A DNA stretch of 64,000 nt, from assembly GCA_964016885.1 (NCBI GenBank), contig OZ024745.1:131812001-131876000 (forward strand). Reading direction: 5' to 3'. This document shows positions 24,631-36,975 of the stretch, in pieces. Below the pieces are notes generated by a model. The model had not been told where the DNA came from. It did no database searches and saw only the letters and a program-made list of their open reading frames with translations. Origin of the DNA: Eledone cirrhosa. Lineage: Eukaryota. Both the position numbers and the translations under genes were made by a program. Each line of letters starts with the position of its first letter. Within the stretch, counting starts at the first letter, position 1.

Positions 24631-25136
24631 ATTTACATACTTGTATGTATGTCAGTATGTGTGAATGTATGTATACACACTACACCAGCAATACTACAAC
24701 AATATCAATATTTTTGTAGAGGTTTCACCTTTGGTTGATAGTATGGTGGAGTTTCTTGTTATTTCTAAGAGACCTCACTGAAATACAGGACAGCTTCACT
24801 AACAGAACTTTCATTGTAAATTTGATGTGATACAAACTGTGAGGTGATCCATTTTGCCATTTAGGGAAGTAATCTGTATCATTTATTTTCTCAAGGAATC
24901 TGAGACTAGAGGAAGGAAGAGAGCATGTTGCTTGAGAACTGTAGATCTGATCCTAATACTTGCAACAGAGTGAAGTATGTTAAAGGTGTCCTACGGCCAG
25001 ATGTCAGGGTTACATCCAGATGTCAGTGGTAAAATGGAGGACAGATTAAGTTGACCACCTAAGAACTCAGAGACACACACACATACATTCACAATCACAC
25101 ACACACAAACAAACAACTATATACTCCCACAATTGG

Positions 25137-25591
25137 CCATCTGCTCCAGTATGTCTGCCAAGATAGTCCCCAGACCATCTGCTCCAGTATGTCTGCTAAG
25201 ACAGTCCTCACACCATCTGCTCCAGTATGTCTGCCAGGAAAGTCCTCACACCATCTGCTCCAGTATGTCTGCCAGGAAAGTCCTCACACCATCTGCTCCA
25301 GTATGTCTGCCAGGAAAGTCCTCACACCATCTGCTCCAGTATGTCTGCCAGGACAGTCCTCACTGCATCTGCTCCAGTATGTCTGCCAAGACAGTCCTCA
25401 CTGCATCTGCTCCAGTATGTCTGCTAAGAAAGTCCTCACACCATCTGCTCCAGTATGTCTGCCAGGAAAGTCCTCACACCATCTGCTCCAGTATGTCTGC
25501 CAGGACAGTCCTCACACCATCTGCTCCAGTATGTCTGCCAGGACAGTCCCCAGACCATCTGCTCCAGTATGTCTGCCAAGACAGTCCTCAC
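25137..25591. repeat. 38-bp tandem array (~12 copies)
   Basis: unit CCATCTGCTCCAGTATGTCTGCCAGGAAAGTCCTCACA. Confidence 0.95.
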
Positions 25592-25605
25592 AGCAACCAT
25601 CTTAC

Positions 25606-25656
25606 CCTTCTTCCTATTACCATTCTCCCAAATATCTACAACATCCTGACTTTCTT
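25606..25656 (-). other. candidate 51-nt exon, or 3' end of an alternative first exon
   Basis: Long AG-free U-rich tract upstream; donor AAGG|gtaaga; phase 1-1 frame ESQDVVDIWENGNRKK is open. Confidence 0.2.
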
Positions 25657-26010
25657 CTCAATATTTCCAATAAAAAATAAACAGAAACAGACATAAAATA
25701 GATAAAAATAATCAAAGAAAGAAACTAACTCATAAACAACAACAAAAAAACAACAACAGGTGGGAGGGGGAATATCATATAAAGATGTTTGTTGGGGGGT
25801 GGGGGGCTGAGGAAAGAAATGTTTAGCGGGGGAGGTTGGAGGGTTTGGGGGGGGGGGAGTGAAACTAGTGTGACCATGTTTTTGGAGAGGAATTTAGGAA
25901 TTTAGTGAAGTGTATTCAACATGGCTAGTTAAATGACTAGTATATATTGAATTGTTTGTGACATGAGAGAGAGAGGAGAGAAGGAGAGAGAGGGAGAGAG
26001 AGAGTAAACT

Positions 26011-26044
<34 letters not shown>

Positions 26045-27084
26045 AGTGAGTTAGAGTAGTTTTAAAAAGAGGAGTAAATACAATGGAGGTGGGTGTGGGA
26101 GAAATTTATAGAAGAATAAACGGAGGGATTATTTTTCCAAGAAATGGAATATGTTTGAATTTCCGGTATTGGATTAAATAAATGAAACAGAAAACTATAT
26201 AGATAGATAAATAGATTGGAATAACAGATGTAGATAGAATATGTTTAGTGGAGGAGAAAAACTTTTACTTCTTTTCTCTCATGCAGATTCTCTTCAAGAT
26301 TATATATATATAAATCACTGTGTGTGTGTATATACATATATGTGTGTGTGTATATCTATTTATATATATGTGTGTGTATGTGTGTGTATATATATATATA
26401 TCATCATCATCATCATTTTATGTCCGCTTTTCCCTGCAACTCCATTTTGAGTAATGCCATCAGTTAATACTTAAGTATGAGCATCACGGACATGACTTTT
26501 TAGTCCTGCTAGGGACTTGCCTATGGCCAGCAATGCCATGTACCACAAAAAATGTCACATATCAAGTGATGTCTGTGTTTGAAGTTTTTTTTAAGTGAAG
26601 AAAGGATTTGCACGGGGCCAACCCCACTCTCTGAACATGGAATGTATTTACCCCAAAATAAGAACTGGTCTACACCATTGGATACAAACAAAGTCGCAGG
26701 TTTTATATCAGAGCGACCTTCTCCTAGAGAGATGTCTTAATGAAAACTAGGAGTCTCTCGCTCCATATAAATAAAAACAAAACAAATTATTGGATGGCAG
26801 TTGACTCTCCTGAGTTTCTCCGCCCTTTGACGGATTTTGTTTTTTATCCCACAGGGTGGTCAAAATCACCCTCCTCACTAACCAAGCTTGGTGGGGTTGC
26901 TGGGTTAGTCGTTGACAGCCTGACCGTTCACAGGTTGTACTGGGTTACATGTCACCAGTAGCGTTGAAGAGCGACATGACACGCATATATAAATATCATC
27001 ATCATCATTTTACGTCCATTTTCCATGCTGGCATGAGTTAGATAATTTTATATATTCACATGCATACACACATATACGTGTGTG

Positions 27085-27122
<38 letters not shown>

Positions 27123-27126
27123 CATC

Positions 27127-27314
27127 TATACAAATCTAAGGTATCATAACATATATATTATGTACGATATTTGTGCTTCTCAGCAAAAAAGCTCAATGGA
27201 TATTTTTCCAGAGCATCAATAATTCAAATTTGTAGATATATATATAGAGAACTTTTCTACTGAGAAGCACAAATATTGTACATAATATATGTTATGGTAC
27301 CTTAAATTTGTATA
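27127..27314. repeat. inverted repeat with ~63-bp arms beside a (TA)n tract
   Basis: TATACAAATCTAAGGTATCATAAC...GTGCTTCTCAG versus CTGAGAAGCAC...GTTATGGTACCTTAAATTTGTATA. Confidence 0.85.
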
Positions 27315-27903
27315 TAACAACTCCAAATTCCTTATTCATTGAGCTGCTGTGTCACCACCAAGCCACTCTCCTCCTGCCTAAAGGTCTGCTCCAGCCACAG
27401 TTTCATCCGTCGCCTTCAGCAGGTTAACTTTCAGGAATTCCCACTGTTCCTCTATATTGTACATCTCTAATTGCTCTTCCTTACTGTCAAAAGCATCAAG
27501 TAATATATATATATATATACATGTCTATTAATACATTATCATCGTCACTCTTTTACATACTTTTTCCATGTTGGTATAGGAATGATGGGTCCTATTGCTG
27601 TTCTATGTAGGTCAAAAGACCATGTTTTGTTTGTACATTTAATTTTGGGACTGGTTTCTTTGGTTTGTGCAGCCATGTCTAACATCACTTTACAGCATGT
27701 ACTTGGTATATTGTGGTCCCAGTACTACAGTGAGAAAAATGAAGAGAAATAGCCTTGTATAATACAAGGTTGAATATTGTGTTAAGCACAAACCTCCTGC
27801 CCTCCAGTCAATAGCCGCTATAATAAAATATACATCAATCTATCCATGCACTCAGATTTGTTTCTTCCATTTGCACATATGTTATGTTATATATATATAT
27901 ATA

Positions 27904-28105
27904 TCATCATCATCATCATTGTTTAATGGCCATTTTCCATACAAGCATGGTTTAGACGAGCTGTCCCATTGTGAGACAAGCTGTGTCAGAGGCCCACGGT
28001 TTGCTCACACAGAATTGATTCTGGCTTAGTTTCTACAGCTGGATGTCCTTCCTAATGCCAACCTCATTTACAGTGTGGACTGGGCACTTTTTGTTGTGTC
28101 ACCTA
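27904..28105 (-). mobile_element. RTE-tailed SINE 3' part
   Basis: (CAT)n, TTTTCCATACAAGCATGG, TTTCTACAGCTGGATGTCCTTCCTAATGCCAACC. Confidence 0.75.
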
Positions 28106-28346
28106 CACGACCACACAGACACACATATATATATCTTAGTAATAGAGTTATCAACTCATCTAAACTATTATATATGTAGTGGTTGTATCAGCCTTTCCCT
28201 TGGACAACATTGGTGGTATGGAGAGGAGAGACTGGTATACATGGGAGACTGCTGCTCATATTTGTGCTTCAGAGGAGAACTTTCTAGGTGCAAATCCCAC
28301 GGTTATTAGTGACAGAAGGGATCTTTACCAGTCACTCTATATACAT

Positions 28347-28380
<34 letters not shown>

Positions 28381-28894
28381 CATCATTTGTGTCTTTTATT
28401 TCTGAAGCCAGATTTGTTAGAAAGAGCACATCTGAATGTATTAACAAGTGGGTTACATGGGAATGTTAAACAATATTTCTCACATTGATGTATTTGAAAG
28501 AAGAGACAACAACCTAAATCCTAGGTGGAGGTCAGAAATATGAAAAAACCATTTCATATCGACAGAGAGAGTGTGTGACCATTACATAAGAACATAAAAT
28601 TGATCAGAAATAAAAGGGAAGCCAGTTAAAGTGGAAACAACAATATAACACAAATGTTAAACAGCGAAATACAAGTGAAATAACAGTTCCATTAGGAATG
28701 TGAAGTAGTAGAGAGAGTGGGAGATATTTGCCTGAATCTAATTTGTTGTCTTCTAATGGCAGCAAGTCATTGAGCTTTAAACTAAATAAATCTAAAAGAT
28801 TGGCAAACAAAGGAATTACAGAAGCCTAAAGCCTAAAATAATTGCAGAAGCAAATAGAAATTCTTGACACAAAAGAATTTCAAGAGGTTCAAAG

Positions 28895-28929
28895 TCATCA
28901 GTCATCATCATCAGCACCATCACCACCAC

Positions 28930-28960
<31 letters not shown>

Positions 28961-29326
28961 GATCAGCACCGCTGCCACCACCACCACCACCACTCACTAT
29001 CGTCATCATCAGCAGCACCACCACCACTCATCATCATCATCATCATCACCACTACCACCACCACCACCACTCATCATCATCATCACCACTACCACCACCA
29101 CCACCACCACCACTCATCATCATCACCACCACCACCACCATCACCACCACCACCACCACCACTCATCACCACCACCACCAATCATCATCATCACCATCAC
29201 CACCACCACTCATCACCACCACCACCAATCATCATCATCACCATCACCACCATCACTCATCCCCACCACTCATCATCACCACCACCACCACCACCACTCA
29301 TCATCACCACCACCCATCATCATCAT
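28895..29326. repeat. (CAT/CAC)n triplet repeat
   Basis: direct reading. Confidence 0.95.
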
Positions 29327-29388
29327 AAGACATCAATGGTAGACAGCACTGTTTCAAGATTTGTTAATCTTTCATCAGTAACACTCAC

Positions 29389-29415
29389 CAAAGTCGTACT
29401 GCCATAGACTAGAGT
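29389..29415 (-). other. candidate 27-nt microexon
   Basis: ttctatatag|ACTCTAGTCTATGGCAGTACGACTTTG|gtgagt; frame-preserving length and consensus donor. Confidence 0.2.
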
Positions 29416-29748
29416 CTATATAGAATTGTGTGTGATGAACATTTGTTGGCGATGTTCATTTGCATATAACAAATAGGAAACATCATCTGGGAATACTCAT
29501 TCAGTTTTAGCTGGTTATATCTAATTTCTAGTAACACTTGCATAGCATTTAAGCATAATAGGGATGTATATGAAAATATATATGAACATAAACTATAGAT
29601 ATACAATAAACTTAGGAGTAGTATCACAAGCAAAGAAATATATTGTTTTTTGTGATAACAAAAATTTATTTTTCTCTATTTTCCTCTGTGAATATGTCAC
29701 AAAATTGACGAAAAAATACTTTACTTTGTATTCCATTGGCTGAAATGA

Positions 29749-29793
<45 letters not shown>

Positions 29794-29797
29794 TGTT

Positions 29798-29828
<31 letters not shown>

Positions 29829-30990
29829 GATAGAGAGAGAGAGAGGAAAAGAGGAAGAAAGAGAGAAATGAAGATAAGGAAAAGAAAAGAGAGAACAGGA
29901 AGAAAAATAAAATTTAAAGAAATAGATAGTTATATGAAGAGATAATAGATAAGTAGAGAGAAAGAGTGTGTGAAAGAGAGAGGGAGAATGACAACCAGGA
30001 GACGACTGGTACTTTAATTATCAACCAGAAAAGGATGAAAGGTGAGATTTGATCTGAGAATGGAGTGAACTGAAACAGTGAGACATTTAAAATGTGAAGC
30101 TCTACTGACTGCCATTGGTTGGTACCACGCTAAACTGAGACAAAAAGCAATTATTTAAGAACATCTAAAGATTTGGATCGTTATTAAGGAGTCAGCGGTG
30201 GTGGTGGCTGGGAAATGTATATGTAACATTAGACATGGCAATGCTGGAGCATCATATCATTAATCCAACCTTTTGTCGAGGTTACTGAGCCAAAGATAAT
30301 AAGCTGCAATGCATTATTGATTCTTGTAGTTGAGTTTCCAACAACAACAATGGTTATAATAAGAAGAATGTTAATAAAATTAATAATAATGATGATAATA
30401 ATGATAATAATAATAATAACACTAATAATAATAACGATAATAATAATATTGCTGTTGTCATTATTACCATTATTATTATTCTAAAAAATATAAATAAAAG
30501 CTGTTTGACGTGCAAGAGCAGTAGTGTTTTTGGCTTCAGTTTAAGTTGGCATTCACAAATATAGGTTTTTATGGCAATCAATAGAGATTGAAGGGGAAGA
30601 AAAACAGAAGTGAAATATATCAAAACAATCTTAATCCAGGCGGCTATCTGAAGGTTCTTAGTTGGAACCAAGGCCTTGGTAAAGCTTTTCTTGGCATAGT
30701 CTATATGCTTTCAAACATTACACATGCTCACACACAAGTAGACAAACACACACACATGCTCACACACACACACACACACATGCTCACACACAAGTAGACA
30801 AACACACACACATGCTCACACACACACATGTAGACAAACACATAAAAACAAATATTATAGGTAAAGATTCTTTTTTAATTGCAAATTTATATTTACATCA
30901 TCATCATTGTTTTAATGTCTGTTTACCCGGCTAGCAAGTACATACTCACACAGGTGTGTGTGTATATATATATATATATACATTTATATC

Positions 30991-31263
30991 TTGGTTGTCC
31001 ATCGTAAACGATGGTGACATCTTTATTTTAGTTCCCACCTGCCGTGGGCTCGAAGGTGGCTGTGGAGGCCGATCCTTGACTTGCAGGTCCGGGGACAGTG
31101 GGGGCAGGGGAAGAAACCGGAGTCGCTTGGGGCAGCTGTTGATGCCTTTCTCCTCCTTTCATGGGCCTCAGTGACCTCTGTCCGTCTCTTCTCTTCAAAA
31201 GAGTCCCTGGCATGTCTGGTAAGGGCACGCCACTCAGTCCTGTCCTGAGCATGGGACTCAAGT
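30991..31263 (-). mobile_element. RTE-BovB-like LINE 3' end with C-terminal C2H2 finger
   Basis: ESHAQDRTEWRAL...FPCPHCPRTCKSRIGLHSHLRAH; 3' UTR hairpin CCATCGTTTACGATGG. Confidence 0.85.
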
Positions 31264-31412
31264 TGTTTTTTCCATGCTTGCATGGGTCAGACTGGTCCTT
31301 CGCACCACATCATCTCTCCACATGTCGCAATCCTATGTCATCCCCTCTGTGAGTCTCAGTGATTTGAGGTCAGCTCTCATAACCTCTGCCCTGCTCTGGT
31401 CTTCCTTGGTCA

Positions 31413-31415
<3 letters not shown>
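31264..31415 (-). mobile_element. RTE tail fragment of the 7080/22480 family abutting the BovB-like piece
   Basis: GAGAGCTGACCTCAAATCACTGAGACTCACAGAGG...CCCATGCAAGCATGGAAAAAAC on the minus strand. Confidence 0.75.
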
Positions 31416-31458
<43 letters not shown>

Positions 31459-32348
31459 TATAAACTCATTATAAAATAGATTATATTATTTATTTATGTC
31501 CATACATGGAACAAAAGCACTACTCAAGGTTTCAAGGACCAAATTTGACCATATCTCCAGAATACAAGAGGCATCAAATTTGTGACCTTTCTTCAGGTGT
31601 TTATATATATAGAGAGAAAACAAGCTAAAATACAGAATATTATCAGCAAGACATAGACAGCTGACTTGACTTGTCTCAAAGTGACACCCTGTCTAACCTG
31701 GGCAATTGATGTGAAATAATGATGATATATAAATCTAGTCTTGTATCAAATCTTCTCTTCTTCCTTGCCCATACAGCTCCTCATCTTAATAATCACCACC
31801 CTCCTCACCAGCAAAGTATTCCACTTTAGACCTCCCCCAGATCTCTCCAATACCCATCCTACATACACACTCGAAACCTACACCATCCCCTGGCACAGCT
31901 CTCCTGTCCATCCCATGTATACAAACATGGTAAGCTACCCACAATCCACACCTGCTCTCGTGCAGTGTTCTAGCTATGGCAAAAAACACAGCCCAACCTG
32001 TAACGTGGTTGTGCTGATGAAGAGAAAAAAGCACTCAATCCAACCTATACATAATGTGATTGGTGTAAAGAAAAGCATCAAGTCATAGAAAGCAAGCCAG
32101 AAACAGTCCCATATGAGCAAGACACCATCACCTTAACTGATTTGTCTCCTGTGACAACCTGTCAAACCCATGCAAGCAGGGAAAATAGATGTTAAACAAA
32201 TCAAAGAAGTACATGATTCAAGGAAGGGTGCAGAGTAGATCTCACATATATTTCTACTCTGTAATAATTCCATCATCTGTTCAATACATCCATTATATAA
32301 ATATACATATACATACATATTTATATGTGTTTGCATATGATCGCATTA

Positions 32349-32500
<152 letters not shown>

Positions 32501-32591
32501 GAGTTTATGTTGGTTGTATACCAACACCTCAGTATGCAGGCTGGAGCACTCGACGAAGTGCGCAGGTTGGTTTGGTTACTCCGGAGTAGTG

Positions 32592-32871
32592 TAAAATAAA
32601 GTTAAATAAAAGTCAAATGATTAAAATTTAGCTTCGTTTATTACTGCTATATGACTCCAGTTCCCCAGTGAATTAACAACCCAGCAAGGAACTGGGCATA
32701 TCAGAGTATTGACAATATCATACACCTCAACAACATATGTACTTGTCTATACCATACTAATTCAAACTGCCTGAAGAGGTCACAGCCAAAGATGGCTGTC
32801 ACTGAAATATATATAGCAGTAATAAACGAAGCTAAATTTTAATCATTTGACTTTTATTTAACTTTATTTTA
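32592..32871 (+). mobile_element. short Penelope-like element with perfect 61-bp terminal inverted duplication
   Basis: 32592-32652 is the exact reverse complement of 32811-32871; body is homologous to 46236-46452; contains a hammerhead. Confidence 0.75.
32766..32820 (+). ncRNA. minimal type I hammerhead ribozyme motif
   Basis: ACTGC-CTGAAGA-GGTCACAGCCA-AAGA-TGGCTGTCACT-GAAA-TATATA-TA-GCAGT; 5-bp stem I and palindromic loop III. Confidence 0.8.
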
Positions 32872-33214
32872 TATATTTATATATATATATATAGGAACGA
32901 GTAGGGTCCTACTCGTTCCTATTACCCACTCTACTACCCTAAGTATCGAGTACTTTGGTGTGTTATGGTCCACCTGGTTCCTTACCACATTTCCTTCGTT
33001 ATATATATATATTTATCTATCAATAAATGAATATATATATAAGAAGCCAAGAAGATATCCCACCTGATCAGTTTCAAATGAACCAATATCTAATACATGC
33101 CAGCTAATAAAGCCAGAAAACCCTAAAAGTATAGACTAAAGCAGAGTAGAGTGAAGAACAATAATTAAGAAGACCTGGAAAGAAGCCAATGTTGCTGCTA
33201 AATTGTGGAAGAGC

Positions 33215-33752
33215 TGTCTCCGATAGAATCATGTTAGGTCTATGTCTCTGTCTCCGATAGAATCATGTTAGGTCTATGTCTCTGTCACCAATAGAATCAT
33301 GTTAGGTCTATGTCTCTGTCTCCGATAGAATCATGTTAGGTCTATGTCTCTGTCTCCGATAGAATCATGTTAGGTCTATGTCTCTGTCTCCGATAGAATC
33401 ATGTTAGGTCTATGTCTCTGTTTCCAATAGAATCATGTTAGGTCTATGTCTCTGTCTCCGATAGAATCATGTTAGGTCTATGTCTCTGTCTCCGATAGAA
33501 TCATGTTAGGTCTATGTCTCTGTCTCCGATAGAATCATGTTAGGTCTATGTCTCTGTCTCCGATAGAATCATGTTAGGTCTATGTCTCTGTCTCCGATAG
33601 AATCATGTTAGGTCTATGTCTCTGTCTCCGATAGAATCATGTTAGGTCTATGTCTCTGTCTCCGATAGAATCATGTTAGGTCTATGTCTCTGTTTCCGAT
33701 AGAATCATGTTAGGTCTATGTCTCCGATAGAATCATGTTAGGTCTATGTCTC
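33215..33752. repeat. 34-bp tandem array (~16 copies)
   Basis: unit TGTCTCCGATAGAATCATGTTAGGTCTATGTCTC. Confidence 0.97.
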
Positions 33753-33861
33753 CTTTCTGTAACAATGATTTAGAACTATGACTCGAACAGATGTTGTTGC
33801 TCTCTAATTGCCCTGCCTCATTTATTTTAACTCTTAAACAATAGGGGTGACATAAACACAA

Positions 33862-34030
33862 TAGATAGAGAGGCAGGTCGAGACTGGCAAGCTAGACCAA
33901 GGTGATTGTTGTATTATGGAGTGCCTCCAGGCCACTGCAAAAACATCTGAGGGGGCAATAACAAAGAACATGCAGTACTGTCTGGTCAGGGTCCGCACAG
34001 TCACATGCTGCGTTGTCTTTCATCAATGGA
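33862..34030 (-). mobile_element. Vingi/Ingi-like LINE 3' end
   Basis: ACDCADPDQTVLHVLCYCPLRCFCSGLEALH (CCHC knuckle); homologous to 40070-40235. Confidence 0.65.
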
Positions 34031-34248
34031 GATAAGGGGCTGTCCTGGCATATGTTGTGCAGATCTAAGTAACTGTTACTAGTGCTCACTTAGACCAACG
34101 CTGGTCTGAAATGTCACTGATCAGAGAAAAGATTGTATGTACTTCAAAGAGTCTCAAAATGAAGAAGACATCTGTGATACTACTTCTTGGTCAGTCTTGT
34201 TTCTAGAGATGGCTGAATTTTGTTTCAAACTTTCATATGCAACATGTA

Positions 34249-34701
34249 CAGGTAAAATTCCGTTATAACAAATTTTTGAGTGTAATGAAATTTTTTTCAA
34301 TCCCCGAGTAATAATTGTTTCTACTTTTAGCACAAGGCCAGCAATTACCCAGTACATTACTGGTACTTTATTTTATCGACCCCGTAAGGATGAAAGGCAA
34401 AGTTAACCTCGGCCTTTCATCCTTAAGGGGATCGATAAAATAAAGTACCAGTAATGTACTGGGTAATTGATGGCCTTGTGCCAAAAGTAGAAACAATTAT
34501 TACTCGGGGATTGAAAAAAATTTCATTACACTCAAAAATTTGTTATAACGGAATTTTACCTCCGTTATAACAAATTTTTCAGTGTAATGAAATTTTTTTC
34601 AATCCCCGAGTAATAACAAACGCTTGATTTGTTTCAGTCGATTTCATTACAACAAATTTTTTTTTATACCCTGTGAATTTCATTATAATGGAATTTCACT
34701 G
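34249..34701. mobile_element. Tc1/mariner (Tigger-like) MITE containing a SINE and an inverted triplication
   Basis: TA|CAGGTAAAATTCCGTTATAAC ... CATTATAATGGAATTTCACTG|TA. Confidence 0.6.
34250..34616. repeat. ~150-bp-arm inverted repeat plus a direct third copy
   Basis: 34250-34398 pairs with 34412-34561; 34562-34616 repeats 34260-34314. Confidence 0.9.
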
Positions 34702-34864
34702 TATATATATGAATATATTCCTCTCTGTTTCCAGAAATGCAAAACCCAAACTAGTGACAAAGAGAACATCCCCCACATGCAATAAATGGATACTTTACTA
34801 AATGTATTGAGAACTTTTTCCTTCTTATTTATGTAAATTTATACCCACATAAATGTACTCACAG

Positions 34865-35280
34865 ATGTCTTCTTAGAAGTAGTTGATAGTTTTTGTTACC
34901 TAAGTGACCTAATTAGCTATGGAGGTGAGTGGTCTAAAGGCAGAGTTGCCAGAAGAACAAGGTGGAGAACTTAGATGGAATTATTACTTCACTTAAAAAC
35001 AAAAGGTTTCTTTGTTGATATGAAGGGCATGATGTTTGTGTATCAAGTGCAATGCTACATGTTAGTGAGACATTGACCATAAATGCAGATTTGTGAAGGT
35101 TGGATGTGTAACGTTAGTGACATGATGGAGCACAAATGAACTGGTATGGGTGAGTGCTTCGGATGGATGGGACCGACTGAAGTGGGAGACTAAGGAAGAT
35201 ATGGAAAAAGGACATGTGACTGATCTCATGAAGCTGAATCTCAGGAAAGAGATGATGAAAGACAACATGATAAAAGGCAC
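34865..35280 (+). mobile_element. decayed RTE LINE fragment
   Basis: LEVVDSFCYLSDLISYGG motif followed by degenerate LRW and TW segments. Confidence 0.55.
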
Positions 35281-36186
35281 ATGTGGTGAAATACAAATGT
35301 GGTGAAAGGCACAACATGTGGCAAAAGGCACAGCATGTGGTGAAATGTGCTGGAATATTTACAATTAAATCATCTTCACGCATGTTATTTCTATTCATCC
35401 AAGACAACCATCATATGACTATATATCTCACCTATCTCTCTCTCTCTCCCCTATCTCTCTCTCTCTGGTTGCCTTCCATGACTCTGCTATCACCCTCTTA
35501 CACTGGTTCTCCTCTTCTAACCCAGTCGTATCAGAAAGAACAAATGAATTGAAGAACAGATTTCTGTATTTCCAACGATAAAGAAACAACCTTTTTGGTT
35601 CTGGTGTACAAGCAAATGAAGCTGGCATAAATATCCTCTCTAGTGAAGGTGCCATGATAAAGTAAAGCCAGAACACTTTGAAAAGTTATTGGCATCCAGT
35701 TGTAGAAGCTATGGCAGAAGTATAATGAACAAACATGGGATCTCAGTCTAGGAGGACAATAACTCCAAATAAGATCTGACTAGAACAGTTTGTCCAACTT
35801 ATGTGACCATAGAAAGCAGAAATGAAATGGTGGCAGCATTAATGATACAAACTCAGAATTTTGTTTACCATGACATGTTTAATATTATGGAGAGAGAGAG
35901 AGACAGACAGACAGAGAGTGAGAGAGAGAGGGGGAGAGAGAGAGAGAGAAACTGGACTAGCTGAAGAAATAGTGTGATAAAAAGTAAGCTAGAGAGAGTG
36001 AATGAGAAGGAGTAAAGTGTTGAATGAGTGAAAGAAGGGAGAGATGAAAGAGATAGATACATGAAAGAAGACAAAGAAAATGAATGATAAAAAAAGGTAA
36101 AACAAAAAGTAGAGTAGAGAGAGAGAGAGGGTGAGAGAGAGAGAGAGAGAGTGTGTGTGTGTGTGAAATACAGAGAGAGATTAGTT

Positions 36187-36643
36187 GATATATGTAATGT
36201 AGACAGAACTAACAGCCAGCTACATGGTAGATATATGTAATGTAGACAGAACTAACAGCCAGCTACATGGTAGATATATGTAATGTAGACAGAACTAACA
36301 GCCAGCTACATGGTAGATATATGTAATGTAGACAGAGCTAACAGCCAGCTACATGGTAGATATATGTAATGTAGACAGAACTAACAGCCAGCTACATGGT
36401 AGATATATGTAATGTAGACAGAACTAACAGCCAGCTACATGGTAGATATATGTAATGTAGACAGAACTAACAGCCAGCTACATGGTAGATATATGTAATG
36501 TAGACAGAACTAACAGCCAGCAACATGGTAGATATATGTAATGTAGACAGAACTAACAGCCAGCTACATGGTAGATATATGTAATGTAGACAGAACTAAC
36601 AGCCAGCTACATGGTAGATATATGTAATGTAGACAGAACTAAC
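36187..36643. repeat. 43-bp tandem array (~10.5 copies)
   Basis: unit GATATATGTAATGTAGACAGAACTAACAGCCAGCTACATGGTA. Confidence 0.97.
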
Positions 36644-36771
36644 ATATAACGTAATAATACTGAGAAGATTCTGGAACTGGCTTAAGACAACTTCTAATGA
36701 TGTTAATTAGAAATTCTACTCACAGACATACACAGACAGACAGAACAGTGGTGGAGAGGGAGGAGGGGGGG

Positions 36772-36880
36772 GAGAAGAAGAAGGCGAAGAAGAAGAAGAA
36801 GAAGAAGAAGAAGAAGAAGAAGAAGAAGAAGAAGAAGGGAAAGAAGAGGGAAAGAAGAGGGAAAGAAGAAGAAAAGAAGG
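36772..36880. repeat. (AAG)n microsatellite
   Basis: direct reading. Confidence 0.95.
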
Positions 36881-36975
36881 TGGTTCTGTGTATTGGTAGT
36901 GATGGTGACAGTGAAAGAGACTGAAGAAGAACAACAGCCACAATAAGCAATAGGTGAAAACAGTGGAATTACACC

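Noticed and set aside
25133-25696. 187-aa repeat ORF
   Set aside because: A 38-bp unit with almost no stop codons; frame-cycling artefact
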